From Narcine bancroftii (lineage: Eukaryota), in NCBI RefSeq assembly GCF_036971445.1, contig NC_091475.1:175832001-175896000 (forward strand): 64,000 nt of DNA, written 5' to 3'. Of this stretch, positions 1-12,198 are shown one piece after another. The notes beneath the pieces are model-generated. The model was given only the letters and a program-made list of their open reading frames with translations, did not search any database and was not told the origin of the DNA. Position 1 is the stretch's first letter. Every line of letters begins with the position of its first letter. The translations under genes and the position numbers were made by a program.

Positions 1-481
1 ATTCCCTTTGATGTTGCTACGATTCTGTAAATAGTTGCTGCTTTCTCTACTTGTTTCAGCTTGCAACTTATGCAGTGACTGGTGAATTCTGTTTTTCAGG
101 TTTCAGTGAAAACCGCATCCACAGTAAAGGGTGGAGTAGTGAACATTCTCCTTGGAGAATGAGAGGAGGGAAATTAAGAGAAAAGAGAGGAAGGCTGACA
201 TAGGAATGCCACAAATGGGGACGGGGGGAAGAGAGAGAGAGAGAGAAAACACCAACTCATGACCCTCGCACTTTTTAAACAGGAAGATGCTGGAGAAGTA
301 GGAGAGCGGAGGAGAATTAGATTGGCAGATACGGTCATTATCAACACTTCCAGGTCCGTCAATGGTGAATGCTTCGGTGGGGCAACTTCCCATCTCTTTG
401 GGCCTGATCTATGTAAGCATATTGGTTTTCCACAGCTCTTCCTGGCTGTTTCCTGTTTACATTATCTTGCTGAGGCTGAAA

Positions 482-710
482 GAACAAAATTCAAAACTCT
501 GAATTATTGTCAGAGTGCATACATGACACCACCCTGAGATTCCTTCTCCTGTGGGCCAGGCAGAATTTCTACTTATATGTACTCAAGGAAAAATCTGTAC
601 TCAAGGAAAGAAATGAATACAAAAGAGAGAAAGGTAAACAACGAAAGAGAGCAAACAAATACAGAAAATAAATATTCAATAATAAATAATGTGCAAAGTA
701 AGAGCCCTTA
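482..710 (-). mobile_element. Rex1/Babar-like LINE 3' end remnant
   Basis: Clearly similar to 50432-50728 (catacatgacaccaccctgagattcc..., aataaataatgtgcaaagtaagag), which continues into Rex1-type 3' sequence. Confidence 0.55.
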
Positions 711-1249
711 AGTTGTGATCGACCTTGGCTGAACAATACCCTCATCGATAGGTGCCAGATGTGATTTGCCAGATAGTACGTCTGCACTCAAGCTGCAGAT
801 ACTTTTTGGAGCTCTAAAGCATTTTACACAGCAAGGGCAAGAATGGTGCCAATTTCTTACCAAATGTTTCACAAGGATTTTCTGGCAGGGATCTTCATTC
901 TGCATACCAATATACCCGAATATAGCAGAATTCTCCAGAAATCTGTGAACATTGCTTTATTATTTTCTCCTTCCCACACTGCCTCCACCGTTCTGCAAAC
1001 ATATGAGTCTCTGGGGGTACAAATCGTGTGACACCCATACCTCTTTCCAGCTGGCAGCAGCAAGAATAGAGCATGCCCTGGGTGGTGTGGATCGTTGATG
1101 ATTGCTGCTGCTCTCCATATAGATTTTCACGAAGGTTGAGAGAGTTTTGCCCCTGATGTTCTGAGCTGTAAAACATACCGAAATGTTGGAGAAACTCAGC
1201 TGGTTTTGCAGCATCCATAGGAGAAAAAGATAAGCTGCTAGACCAGCTG

Positions 1250-1253
<4 letters not shown>

Positions 1254-1330
<77 letters not shown>
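1254..1330. repeat. (GT)n microsatellite
   Basis: Perfect TG dinucleotide run. Confidence 0.98.
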
Positions 1331-1332
<2 letters not shown>

Positions 1333-1417
1333 TGAGCTTGCTGGTAGTTGGGTGATGAGACACAGTGTATCAGTAAGTGAGGCTAATGGTGCATTCACAG
1401 GCCTCTCTGGTATTTTT

Positions 1418-1640
1418 TTTACACATACAGCAGTCACAGGCCCTTTTGGCCCATGAGCCTGTGTCGCCCAATTGCCCCCAATTAAACTACACCCCCATTA
1501 CATTTTGAAGGGTGGGGGAAACCAGAGCATCCAAAGGACATGGGGAGAATGTACAAACCCCTTCTAGACAGCGCTGGTTTTGAACCCAAGTCGCCGGCGC
1601 AGTAACAGCGTTGTGCTAATGTCTGCGCCAACTGTACTGT
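1418..1640 (-). mobile_element. tRNA-derived V-SINE (HE1-like)
   Basis: Reverse strand shows a tRNA-like head (box B-like gggttcaaa), V-domain core (ttgtacattctcccc) and CR1-like tail; homologous to five other copies in the window. Confidence 0.8.
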
Positions 1641-2071
1641 GTCTTCTACATTCCCTCTTTAAGATACTGCAGCATTATGTGAGAATTAAACAAGGTCAAC
1701 ATCTCAATTTGTGTGTGTACCAGAGGCAGACAGATATCCAGTAAGTCCAAATTATACAATCGTGCAACAGCAGAAAGCAATAGATCACATGATACAATGC
1801 TTAAGGTAATACCAACTAATATGCTACAGTGTTAATTTTTCATCGCTCTTCTCTTCCAGGTTCTTGGAGGTTGTGGTGTTGATTCCATGGCGCTGGGGTG
1901 CCTCATGCAGCACTGAAGATGCAAGGCACCCCTCCACTTTGCCACCTTTTCCATCGAGAAGCTTAATGTTTGAACGAATCAGTTGATCCCACTCATCCCT
2001 TCTTTCCACCTAACTCGGCAATTTGTTTTAAAAGTTGTGGTTTATGTTACTCTCTCCACTCACTGCAGATA

Positions 2072-2297
2072 ATCAGAATCAGAATTTATTGTCAGGAACA
2101 TGTCACGAAATTTGTTGTTTTGCAGCAGCGTTAGAAGTGCAAAAATAAATTACATTTTTGAAAAATAAATATTTAAATTTGTGGAAAAGAAGAGCAAGTG
2201 AGGTAGTGTCTGTGTTTCATCATTCATCACAAATCTGATGGCAGAGGGGACCACGCTGTTTCTGGAGCATCTTCGGGCTCTTGTACCTCCTTCCATA
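2072..2297 (-). mobile_element. Rex1-like LINE 3' end remnant
   Basis: aatcagaatcagaatttattgtc is the reverse complement of the aataaattctgattctgatt tail at 8770-8790. Confidence 0.7.
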
Positions 2298-3544
2298 ACA
2301 CATTAGTAAAAAAACATTCTCAGATCATCGCTGCTTCATTTCACAGAGGCATTACTTACATGTGCTTCTGCTTATGGATACAGCATCTACCTGTCATCAA
2401 GCCTCCAAATTCTGAATGCTCTGAATACATAATTCCTTAATCTTCTCTGCTCCACAGAGAGAAAATCTTGCCACACAACTAAAATCTCCTACCCACAAAT
2501 ATTGGAGGCACAGCTCCCCAAGGAGGCCAATTAGAAACACAGCCCACGCAAACTTCCTTGCTTTGTGCAATCTAATTTCTTGACAGATACATTTTTTTTT
2601 AAAAATCAGAATTCATGTCATTCAGTAAGGGAATGTTTCTTTTATAGTGACAAAGGAATTAGATAGAAACAACTTAACTGATAAGCTTTAAATCTAAACT
2701 GAGATGTAATTCAACCCATCAAACCTAGCCTATCTTGAATCCATGGATGATCATCTCTAACATTAGCATTTCTCTCCTGTCACTTGTCAATCCCTAATTT
2801 AAGAGTCACTTTTATCCCTTACCAATAAACCATCATCTGTACGCTATCTGTGGTGTGATCATTCCTAAGAAATCACCCACTTGAATCAAACCTCTAATGG
2901 CACTTCAGTCCATACCTTGCAACTTCCCCTCTAAACTAGCCCATCACTGCAGTTAGTGAAATCAGTTAATTTACTGCATCGGTGACCTCAGCCATTGAAA
3001 AGACTAAGAAGGAAATTGTCACCAGTTTTTCTGAAGTCAACAAATGTGTGCAAAGTTTGAAGACATCTTTAAAGATTTCACGGTAATCTTGAGTGAAGCT
3101 TTAAAAGGATAATTTTCAATGTATCGTCACCCTATTCAAACCCATAAAAATCAACAGGCAGATTTTTTGTTTGGCAAGTAATCATTGAAAAGTTTGTTCA
3201 TAATAATGTTTTAAAAATATTATTTTGGTAATATATTTAAACAGCCATAATAGATTATGATTGAATTCATTAACATTTTAAGATTTTTCCTTTTATCATA
3301 ACTTTAAAAAGGTGTTCATTATTGACATTCAATTAGATATAACCCATTGTGTAACTGCATACATGCATTTTGAATGCAGCACAACTTTTATTGAAATGCA
3401 GTGATATGTTGTGAGCTTGGCTCATGTAGTAAGTTATCCAGCAAACTTGTTACTGCACACAATAACATGCTGAAATCTGTCCTGATGTTATTACAGCTGC
3501 AGACTAGAAGAGTTACCAGTACGAAAGAACTCTTTAATGGGCCT

Positions 3545-4102
3545 CCATGTCGATGCATTCATGAAGGTGGCTCGCCAGCAGCTATACTTTGTGAGGAGTT
3601 TGAGTAGATTTGGTCTGTCACCAAAGACTCTTGCAAATTTCTACAGGTGTACCGTGGAGAACATTCTAACCGGTTGCATCACTGTCTAGAATAGAGGGGC
3701 CAATGCTCAGGACAGGAAAAGGCTACAGAGAGTTGTGAACTCAGCAAGCGTTGTCATGAGCATCAGTCTTCACTCCATCAAGGACATCGACACGAAGTGG
3801 CGACTTAAGAAAGAAAACCTCTCTCCTCGAGGGCCCTCACCACCCAGGCCATTCTCTTTCCTCACTGCTACTATCAAGAAGGAGGTAAAGGAGCCTGAAG
3901 ATGATCACCCAGCAGCACATGAACAGCTTCTTTCCCACTGCCATCAGTTTCTGAATGGACAATGAACCACAGGCACTATCGAATTTTCTTTTCTTTTGCA
4001 CTAATTTATTTATTTTTAAAAGTAATTTATAGCTATATTTGCACCTGTAATGCTGCAAAACAATGAATTTCTTGACATGTTCACAATAATAAATTCTGAT
4101 TT
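3545..4102 (+). mobile_element. Rex1-like LINE 3' fragment
   Basis: Homologous to 8230-8790 (ttctacaggtgtaccgtggagaacattct..., aataaattctgatt tail). Confidence 0.8.
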
Positions 4103-5063
4103 TATTTAATTCTGCCCTGTTTCTTTGCCGCATAAATAGAGAAATGAAAGGTTCAGAAACATGTAAACAAAAGTCCAAATGAATTATTTCAATTCCACAG
4201 CTGTGACGGGGTCTTACCTGTTCTGTTGAATTTTTGCTGTGCCCTATGCAATTCCAACCACAGTCCGGGCTGGAAATTAATATTGGAGACATTGTTTGTG
4301 CTTGGTTGAAGATGCCAAGAGAGCAGCAAATTATTCCTTTCTCAGTCTGAAACTCAGCATTATCTAAGGCATTATTCTTCAAAGCTTATTTGACAGGTAA
4401 ACATTATAAAAGACAGGTAGAAGGAATAAGCCACAAATTATTCTTGCCTAATTATCTTTGAACATTTTCTTCTGAATGGTGTACTGTAATTGCTAGCTCT
4501 GTGCTGACTTCAAATAATGTTGTTCTCTGTTATGTTTTGCTCTTTGAAGTTCTTAACAGCTGCAAAGTGCTGTTCATGAGTAATGTCTGTTTTTATGTTT
4601 TTACAGAATGAAGGATAAAGTGGTGCTGTGAGTTAAGAACTTTCATCTCCATCTCCTAATTTAGATCCATCATAAATTGAGAAGATTTTTGGAGCTGAAT
4701 CTTTTCCAAAGTGGATGGCATTTTCACTGAATGAATGGTAGAACTGGACTTTTTGTGTGTGGGGATTGCCCAATTACATTGTCATTATTAGGAACTAGGA
4801 TTGTTTGCTAATGTATGTTATGTGTGCAAGAGAAACTATTAAAAAAAAACGCAGTAAAGGAGCAAAGAATGAGAAAAGGGAAGCAGAAGTGCATTTACTA
4901 CAGCTTCAACACTAAAAAAAAGTAAAATTGAGAGAATCTCTGAGGCTGAACTTTCCCAAAGATTCACTTGGTAAAAACAGTCCAATGTAAATCTTAGGTA
5001 GGTGGAGGGCGAGTTGGTGCTCAGCGAGGGCAGATCTCAATGAGACTCAAAGTTGGATGAATG

Positions 5064-5366
5064 TAAAACCATAGAAAATTACACCACAGAAAACAGACCC
5101 TTCGGACCTTCTAGTCTGCACTGAGCTATTATTCTGCCAAGTCCCACTGGCCTGCACCCAGTGCATAGCCCTCCACACCCCTCCCATTCACGTACAAATT
5201 TTTCTTAAATGTGGGAACTGAGCCTGCATTCACCACCTCAACTGGCTGCTCATACCCCACCCCCACTACCCTCTGTGTGAAGAAGTTCTCCCTCATGTCC
5301 CCCCTAAACATTTCCCTTTTCACCCTTAACCCGTGTCCTCTAATTTGTATCTTACCTACCCTCAGT
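5064..5366 (-). mobile_element. CR1/HER1-like LINE 3' fragment
   Basis: ORF 5129-5323 encodes FRGDMRENFFTQRVV, the CR1 ORF2 C-terminal motif, followed by the CR1 3' UTR. Confidence 0.85.
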
Positions 5367-6049
5367 TCTTGAATCTGGAAATGCTGGACTTCAGGTTCCT
5401 GGACCTTCTGCCTGAAGAGAGCAGTGAGAAGAGGATGTGACCAATGTGATGGCGATTCTTTATGATGTTGGCTGCCTTCTTGAGGCAGTGTCTCATAAGT
5501 GTCTTAACTGGATGGGAGGTCGGAGCTTGCAATGAACAGCTACACTTGTCATTTCTACATTTCTAATTTATCAAATTGAATAGCTGCTACAGCTAGCGCA
5601 AAGCAGTTACAGCACCGGGTTCACATCTGGCGCTCTCTGTAAGGAGCTTGTACGTTCTCCCCGTTTCTGTGTGTGTTTCCTCCCACTGTTCAAAAACGTA
5701 ACGAGGGTCTAGGTCAATTGGGTGTAATTAAGTGGCACGGGCTCATGGGCCAAAAAAGCTTCTTACTGTGCTGTGCATTAAAAAAAATGCATGAGATATT
5801 CGTTTGATGAGGCATTCATGTAATTTACAGAGCATTGTTATCAAGTGAATATAACGATATCAACAACTACTGACAAAATCATCCTCTTCTCACTGCTCTC
5901 TTCAGGCAGAAGGTCCAGGAACCTGAAGACCAGCATTTCCAGATTCAAGAACTGAGGGTAGGTAAGATACAAATCAGAGGACACGGGTTAAGGGTGAAAA
6001 GGGAAATGTTTAGGGGGGACATGATGGAGAACTTCTTCACACAGAGGGT
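5268..6049. repeat. 170-bp inverted repeat (arms 5268-5437 and 5880-6049)
   Basis: Arms are reverse complements with 3 mismatches by manual alignment; each arm contains the same CR1/Rex1 junction. Confidence 0.9.
5581..5787 (+). mobile_element. V-SINE (HE1-like)
   Basis: ccgggttcacatctggcgctctctgtaaggagcttgtacgttctcccc core and A-rich end. Confidence 0.75.
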
Positions 6050-6455
6050 GATGGAGCCCTGGAATTCTCTACCCAAGTGGGTTGCAGAAGCTAGGTCATT
6101 GAAGGCGGAGGTAGATACATTTTTGAAACTTCAGGGAACTGAAGGCAATGGGAACACAGAAGAGGAGATACGGCCTCCGAAAGATCAGCCATGATCATAT
6201 TGAATGCCAGGACAGGCTTGAGGGACAAAGTCACTTATTCCTGCCCCTAATATTTAATATATAAGGTGTGTCTGAAGGGCAATGTTAGGGTTTTCATGGG
6301 GGATTTTAACATGCATGTAGATTGGGAAAATCAGGGTGGTACTGGATCTCAAGAGAGAATTTTTAGAATGCCTACGAGATAGCTTCTTAGAACAGCTTGT
6401 GACTGAGCCGACCAGGAAAATGGCAATTCTAAATTGGGTATTGTGTAATGAACCA
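5951..6455 (+). mobile_element. CR1-like fragments (ORF2 3' end, then endonuclease fragment)
   Basis: FFTQRVMEPWNSLP C-terminal motif; then MGDFN-like and EFLECLRDSFLEQLVTEPTR endonuclease motifs. Confidence 0.75.
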
Positions 6456-6464
6456 GAGACAAAC

Positions 6465-8790
6465 GTGACAATTATGTCCCCGTCCTGCTCCCCTGACATG
6501 GAACATCTGGTGATCAAGTGAAGCACATTCTACCTGCTGAGGGAGTTCACTGCCATCATCCTGGATGCAGTGTATATTCTGCCTCAGGCTAATGTCAGGC
6601 TACCACTGGAGGGGCTGAGCACTGTGATTAGCAGTCATGAGTCAACGCATCCTGATGTCTTCCCGATCATTGCAGGAGACTTCAATCACGCCACTCTGAA
6701 GAAGTCTCCAACAAGCTACCACCAACACATCACCTGCGAGACCAGAGGAGTAAATACACTTGACCACTGCTACACCTCCATGAAGAACACCTACCAACCC
6801 ATACCATGAATGTAATTCGGCAAGTCTGATCACCTGGTTGTACTTCTACTCACAGCGTACAAGCAGAGACCAAGGACCAGTGGGGAAGACGATGGAAGTA
6901 TGACCGAGAGAGGTGGAGGAGCACCTGCAGGATTGCTTTAAATTGTGGACTGGACCATATTCAAGAACTCACCCTTAGACATGAATGAATATACGTGTGC
7001 CTCCGACTTCATCAAGACCTGCATGGAAGAGTGTGTGTCCAGGAGTTCCACAACCAAAAGCTTTCAATGAATCAGAAACCTGCTGAGGATGAAATAAGAG
7101 GCGTTTAAGGCCAGTGATCCAGATCTCTACGGCAGGGAGTGCAGGCCATTACATCCTACAAAGCGAGGTCGAACACCATAAACGGCTGTGATGCTTCACT
7201 ACCCAAATGAGCTGAACACCTTCTATGCTTGCTTTGAGAAAGAAAGCTCAATAGTGCCTACGAGAATCCCTGTAAAGACTGATGATATTGTGATATCTGT
7301 CTCTGAGGCCAACATCGGAATATCATTCGAGAGGATGAACTCTCGCAAGGCACCAAGTCCTATTGGCATACTTGGTAAGGTACTGTACTGGAAATCTATC
7401 CCAATCAACTAACCGTAGTGTTCACTGACATTTTCAATCTCTCACCACTGTAGTCAGAGGTTTCCAACTGCTTCAAAAGGGCATCAATCATCCCATTGCC
7501 CAACAAGAGCAGAGTGGGTTGCCTCAGTGACTACTGCCCAGTAGCATTCACATCTACTGCGATGAAATGCTTTGAGAGGTTGGACATTAACAGAATTAAC
7601 ACATATCTAAGTAAAGGACTGGACCGAATGAAATTTACCTACAGTCATGATTGCTCCACAGTAGGAGCAATAACACTGGCTCTCCATTTAGCTCTGGATC
7701 ACCTAGACAACAGCAACTCAAACATCTGACTGCTCTTCATCAACTACAGCTCAGCTTTCAACACCATTATTCCCTCAGTGCTGGTCAACAAGCTCTAAAC
7801 CCTGGGTCCTTGCATCCCTCTTGCAACTGGATTCTTGACTTCCTCATTGGAAGACCACAGTCAGTATGAATTGGAAACAATGTCTTCTCTTCAATGACGA
7901 TCAGCACAGGTGGACCTGTACACTGTTCTACTCACTCTACCCTCATGACTGTGTGGCCAGGCACAATTCAAAAGCTATCTTCAAATTTGCCAATGACACC
8001 ACATTTGCCAGAGAATCACAGATGAAAATGAGGAAGTGTAGAGCAAGGAGATAGATCAGCTAGTGGAGTGGTGGCACAACAACAACCTTACACTCAACAT
8101 TAGCAAAACTAAGGAGATGATTGTGGCCTTCAGGAGGAAATCAGGAGAACATGAACCAGTCCTCATCAAAGGGTCAGCAGTGGAGAGGGTCAGAATTCCT
8201 GGGTGTCATCATCTCTGCAGCCTCCACGTCGACGCAATCACAAAGAAGGCAGCTGTACTTTGTGAGGAGTTTGAGGGGATTTTGTATGTAACCAAAATTG
8301 CTTGAAAACTTCTACAGGTGTAGTTTGGAGAGCATTCTGGCTAGTCGCATCACTGTCTAGTGTGGAGGCGCCAATGCTCAGGACAAGAAAAAACTCCAGA
8401 AGGCTGTTAACTTAGCCTGCGACATCACGGACACCAGTCTTCACTCTATTGAGGGCACCTACAAGAGGCGGTGTCTTAAAAAAACAGTCTCCATCCTCAA
8501 GGACCCCCATCACCCAGGCCGTGCCCATTTCACTCTGCTACCATCAGGAAAAAGGTACAGGAGCCTGAAGACGAGCACTCAGTGGCACAAGGACTGCTTG
8601 TTCCTATCTGTCATCAGGTTTCTGAATGATCAATGAACCACAGACACTATTTTACTTTGTCGTTTCCTTTTTCTTGCACTATTTTATTTATTTTGAGATT
8701 TGCTTTTCTTTAAATATTTGCACTGTGACTGCTGCCACAAAACAATGGATTTTATGATGTGTCAATGACAATAAATTCTGATTCTGATTC
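6465..8790 (+). mobile_element. Degenerate Rex1/Babar-clade LINE (endonuclease + RT)
   Basis: Broken ORFs with CSPDMEHL, IIAGDFNHA, TLDHCY, DYCPVAFTSTAMKCFERL, KFANDTT and LNISKTKEMIV motifs; (TTCTGA)n tail. Confidence 0.9.
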
Positions 8791-8922
8791 AGAGATCATT
8801 CAAGCCCTGACTCCTACAACACTTGAGAAAAAAAAGCTGTAAGTACTTACAGAACAAGGAAGAAAATAGAAACTTTTGCAGCAAAAGTTTAAGATCTGTC
8901 TTAAAGTGCTTCACAGTCAATC

Positions 8923-9182
8923 GGACGGTGTGTAGATTCATTGGCTCACAGCATCAAGGCTCTTGAGTTCATCCTGGTCTCAGGTCCTGTCTGTGTGCAG
9001 TTTGCACACATTTCCTCCAAATGCTCCAGTTTCTTCCTAAATCCCAAAGGTTGTGTGTTGATAGGTTGTTTGCTGTAAAAAGCTCCTGGATGAGGGTGTT
9101 AATGAGAAGAGGGATTAAAGGAGGGTTGGTATAAATGAGTGGACTCTGTGGTGCGAAGGCCCTGCTTTCATGCTGCGTCTCT
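8923..9182 (+). mobile_element. Old V-SINE
   Basis: Degenerate tRNA head and gtctgtgtgcagtttgcac...tcctccaaatgctccagtttcttcc V-domain. Confidence 0.65.
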
Positions 9183-9855
9183 TTGGCACTGAAGTCATTT
9201 CAAATCTTGCCACTGTCGCAATGCAGAGAAACAAAATGCTGTCAACTTGTGCAAAGCACAAAGCAGCTGGGAGATGACTAACCAGTGACGCTGGATCAGC
9301 TCAACTCAGCTACTCTGTCCAGGAGTTAACTTGCATCCAATTAGGGAGCCTTGGCTTACTGAACATCCAAAAAATTGCATGTCGAGAAAATTGTTTAAAC
9401 CCATAAGCAGAGAATTAAAACATCAGTTTCATGACATTGAAAGCTGCAAACGGGCATGATGTACACAAGGCGATCGAATCCCTTTCCTTTATAGGGTGGG
9501 ATTTTGGTGAAAGATAAACATAATGAAAAGAAAAACAGTGACTGCAGAGGGAAAGAAATGGACAAGAGGGGCTCCTACCTGGAAACCTGTGGTTCTCCTT
9601 CATAGAACTTCAAGATTAAATTTTCTTTTTTACATGGTACCTTGTGGTGCCATGACAGCTGAAGATGTTATTCCCAATCAGATCAGAGTCCAAGCTCAGG
9701 ATTTCGAATTCCACAATGAAAAAATTTCAAATGTTCTTACTGTCACCCATTGTCTGAATGCAGTTTAAATTGCATAATGACATCAAATGATTGAAAAGAA
9801 ATGATCATATTGATGTTGCATCTTAAAGTGGCTCCCTGTTAGCTATATTACAATA

Positions 9856-11427
9856 CAGTAATCCCCTGGTATCCGTCACCTTTGGGGGTAGGTCATTGCC
9901 AGATAAATGCATTTTCAGTTGTGACTTACTCTTACAATCGCTAACTAATACACTTGCATTAAAAATAAACAGTTTAAAACACAAAAATACTATACTGTAC
10001 AAACACTGAACAAACTTCACTTACATGAATATATAAACCTTAAAGCATTTTACTTTATTTTCAGTCACATTCTATAAAAATATTTCACCATCACTACATC
10101 TGCAGGTTCCCTCCCCTCCATGGAGACTCATCATAATGAAGAAAAATCCCCAAAACATCTGTATGACAGATCAGAAATACCCTTCAGGAGGCAGGTGTGG
10201 ATGTATCAATGGCAGAAACACAGAGGCTACACTGCAAGATGCAAATCATGGCAAATGTGGTGTGTTTTAGATCTTAGGGAGTTCCTTTACACCTCCACAC
10301 TTTACTCTTGCTATCACTTTGATACAGGTTAATCTTGGTCTCATCTGTTCACAAGAGTTTCCAGAATTCTGCAGGCTCTTTTAAATACTTGGCAAACTGT
10401 AATCTGGCCATTCTTTTTCTGTTCATGGAGTCTCCTGCAGACAGTAGTCGTTGACATAACCACACCTGCCTCCTGAAGAGTATTTCTGATCTGTTGGACA
10501 TACGTTTGGGGAATTTGTCTTCATTATGAAGAGAATTCTTCTGTCATCTGCAGTGGAGATCTTCCTTGGAGTACCAGTCCCTTTGCAATTACTGAGCTCA
10601 CCAGTACCCTCTTTCTTAATTATGTTCCAAACTTTTGATTTTTGTAATCCTAAGATTTGTTTTATTCTTGTTTTTCAGCCTCATAATGGCTTCGTTGACT
10701 TTCATTGGGACAATTCTGGTCCCCATGTTGAGAAATGGCACCCACACACTCCAAAGGTGATCAAAAGCTTAGAAGCAAGGCAATCTCTCTTATACTTGCA
10801 CCAATGAAGCAATTAAACATACCTGAGTACTCACACACACCCAAACATCATGGTGCCCTGAAATGGGGGAACTATGCATAAAAAGTGCTGTAATTTCTAC
10901 ATGGTCAAACCAAAATGTATACAAATAACCTTGAATAAAATCTGGAATGTGCACTTTAATTACATGTGAATTGTTTGATCACAAATTTTAAACTGTGGAG
11001 CATAGGGGAAAATAAAGGAAAATAGATGTTTTTGACCCTAACATTATGGAGGGCCCTGTACTTATAAATAAACTCCCCCAAGCTCATAGATAAAGCCTCT
11101 GACTAGGGCAACTCTTAATAAGCAGGGACAGGAGACACTTTAAGAGAGTTACCCAACAGTGAGAGGCACCAAACCAGCTCTTCATTCCAGTCGATACCAT
11201 TGCTGTTTCATACAACTTTATTCAAACAGCAGTTAAGAGCAAAGCCTGGCCAAGGCCCTCTGCTGGCTGTAAAATCCCATCTTCAGCAAAGGTTTATGTG
11301 TTACTTCAGAGAGCATTTACTTTTACAATATTAAACTTAAATATTTTTAAACCATTATTTTATTTTTTTAAATCCGAGATTTTTTTTTTGCCAGTTGCTT
11401 GAATTCCAGATACCAGGAGTTTTACTG
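9856..11427. mobile_element. TA-flanked non-autonomous Tc1/mariner-pogo-type DNA transposon, interrupted by a Tc1 fragment
   Basis: Terminal inverted repeats (TIRs) CAGTAATCCCCTGGTATC ... GATACCAGGAGTTTTACTG, with TA on both sides. Confidence 0.7.
10320..11058 (-). mobile_element. Degenerate Tc1 transposon fragment
   Basis: Minus strand encodes the TDETKIN catalytic motif near 10330-10350; the end aacattatggagggccctg-TA resembles a Tc1 terminus. Confidence 0.7.
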
Positions 11428-11949
11428 TACATTGAGTTGAATAACATTGTGTGGATTTTTGAATTGAATTCTTTATTGTCACATGTTAAGATACATTGAA
11501 GAGCTTTGTTTTACATGCTATCCAGCCAAGTCAACCCATATGCAAGTCCATCTGGTAGTGCAATAATAAAACAAAAGTGCAGAGAAGTGAGAGCTGGAGT
11601 AGAGTTAGAAGAAGGTAGAACAATTATAATGAATGTAAGGAGAAGATCTGCAAGGAAATGCTTGCAAAATGTTACCACACTCTAGCTTGATGACTTGTTG
11701 ATGCCCTTTAGTGGCTGTAAGTTTCTTGAGACATTCCAAGATCAGAAATAGTGCTGTAGGAATGTAGGCATTTCTTTCAATATTCTTCCCAGACTTAACA
11801 CCAAAGTCATTTTACAATGAAGTTACTTATTGTAAGTAAATACTGTAACAAACTTCAAGTGTCATTTCCATTATTATTTTGAATTAGGGCTGACAAATCA
11901 ATAAAACAATGTTTGTTTAATTTTAATTTTTTTTAAATTTGATTTTTAA

Positions 11950-12198
11950 AATCATTTTAGTGAACACAGCACGGTAACAGGCGCTTTCGGCCCACGAGTC
12001 CGTGCCGTCCAATTACATCCAATTAACCTACAGCCCCAGGTACATTTCAAAACAGTGGGAGGAAATCGGAGCCCCCGGGGAAAAACCATGCAGACACGGG
12101 GAGGACATACAAACTCCTTACAGGCAGCGTGGGACCCCAGTCCCAATCACTGGCTCTGTGAAGCATTGTGCTAACCTCTACGCCAACCGTGTCGCCCC
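11950..12198 (-). mobile_element. V-SINE (HE1-like)
   Basis: Well-preserved copy: head ggggcgacacggttggcgtagagg, V core, CR1-like tail. Confidence 0.85.

Noticed and set aside
895-1456. ORFs with THTH or CVCV repeats
   Set aside because: Translations of the (GT)n microsatellite.
3837-4382. 181-aa minus-strand ORF
   Set aside because: Partly antisense to a Rex1 3' end; no recognisable domain.
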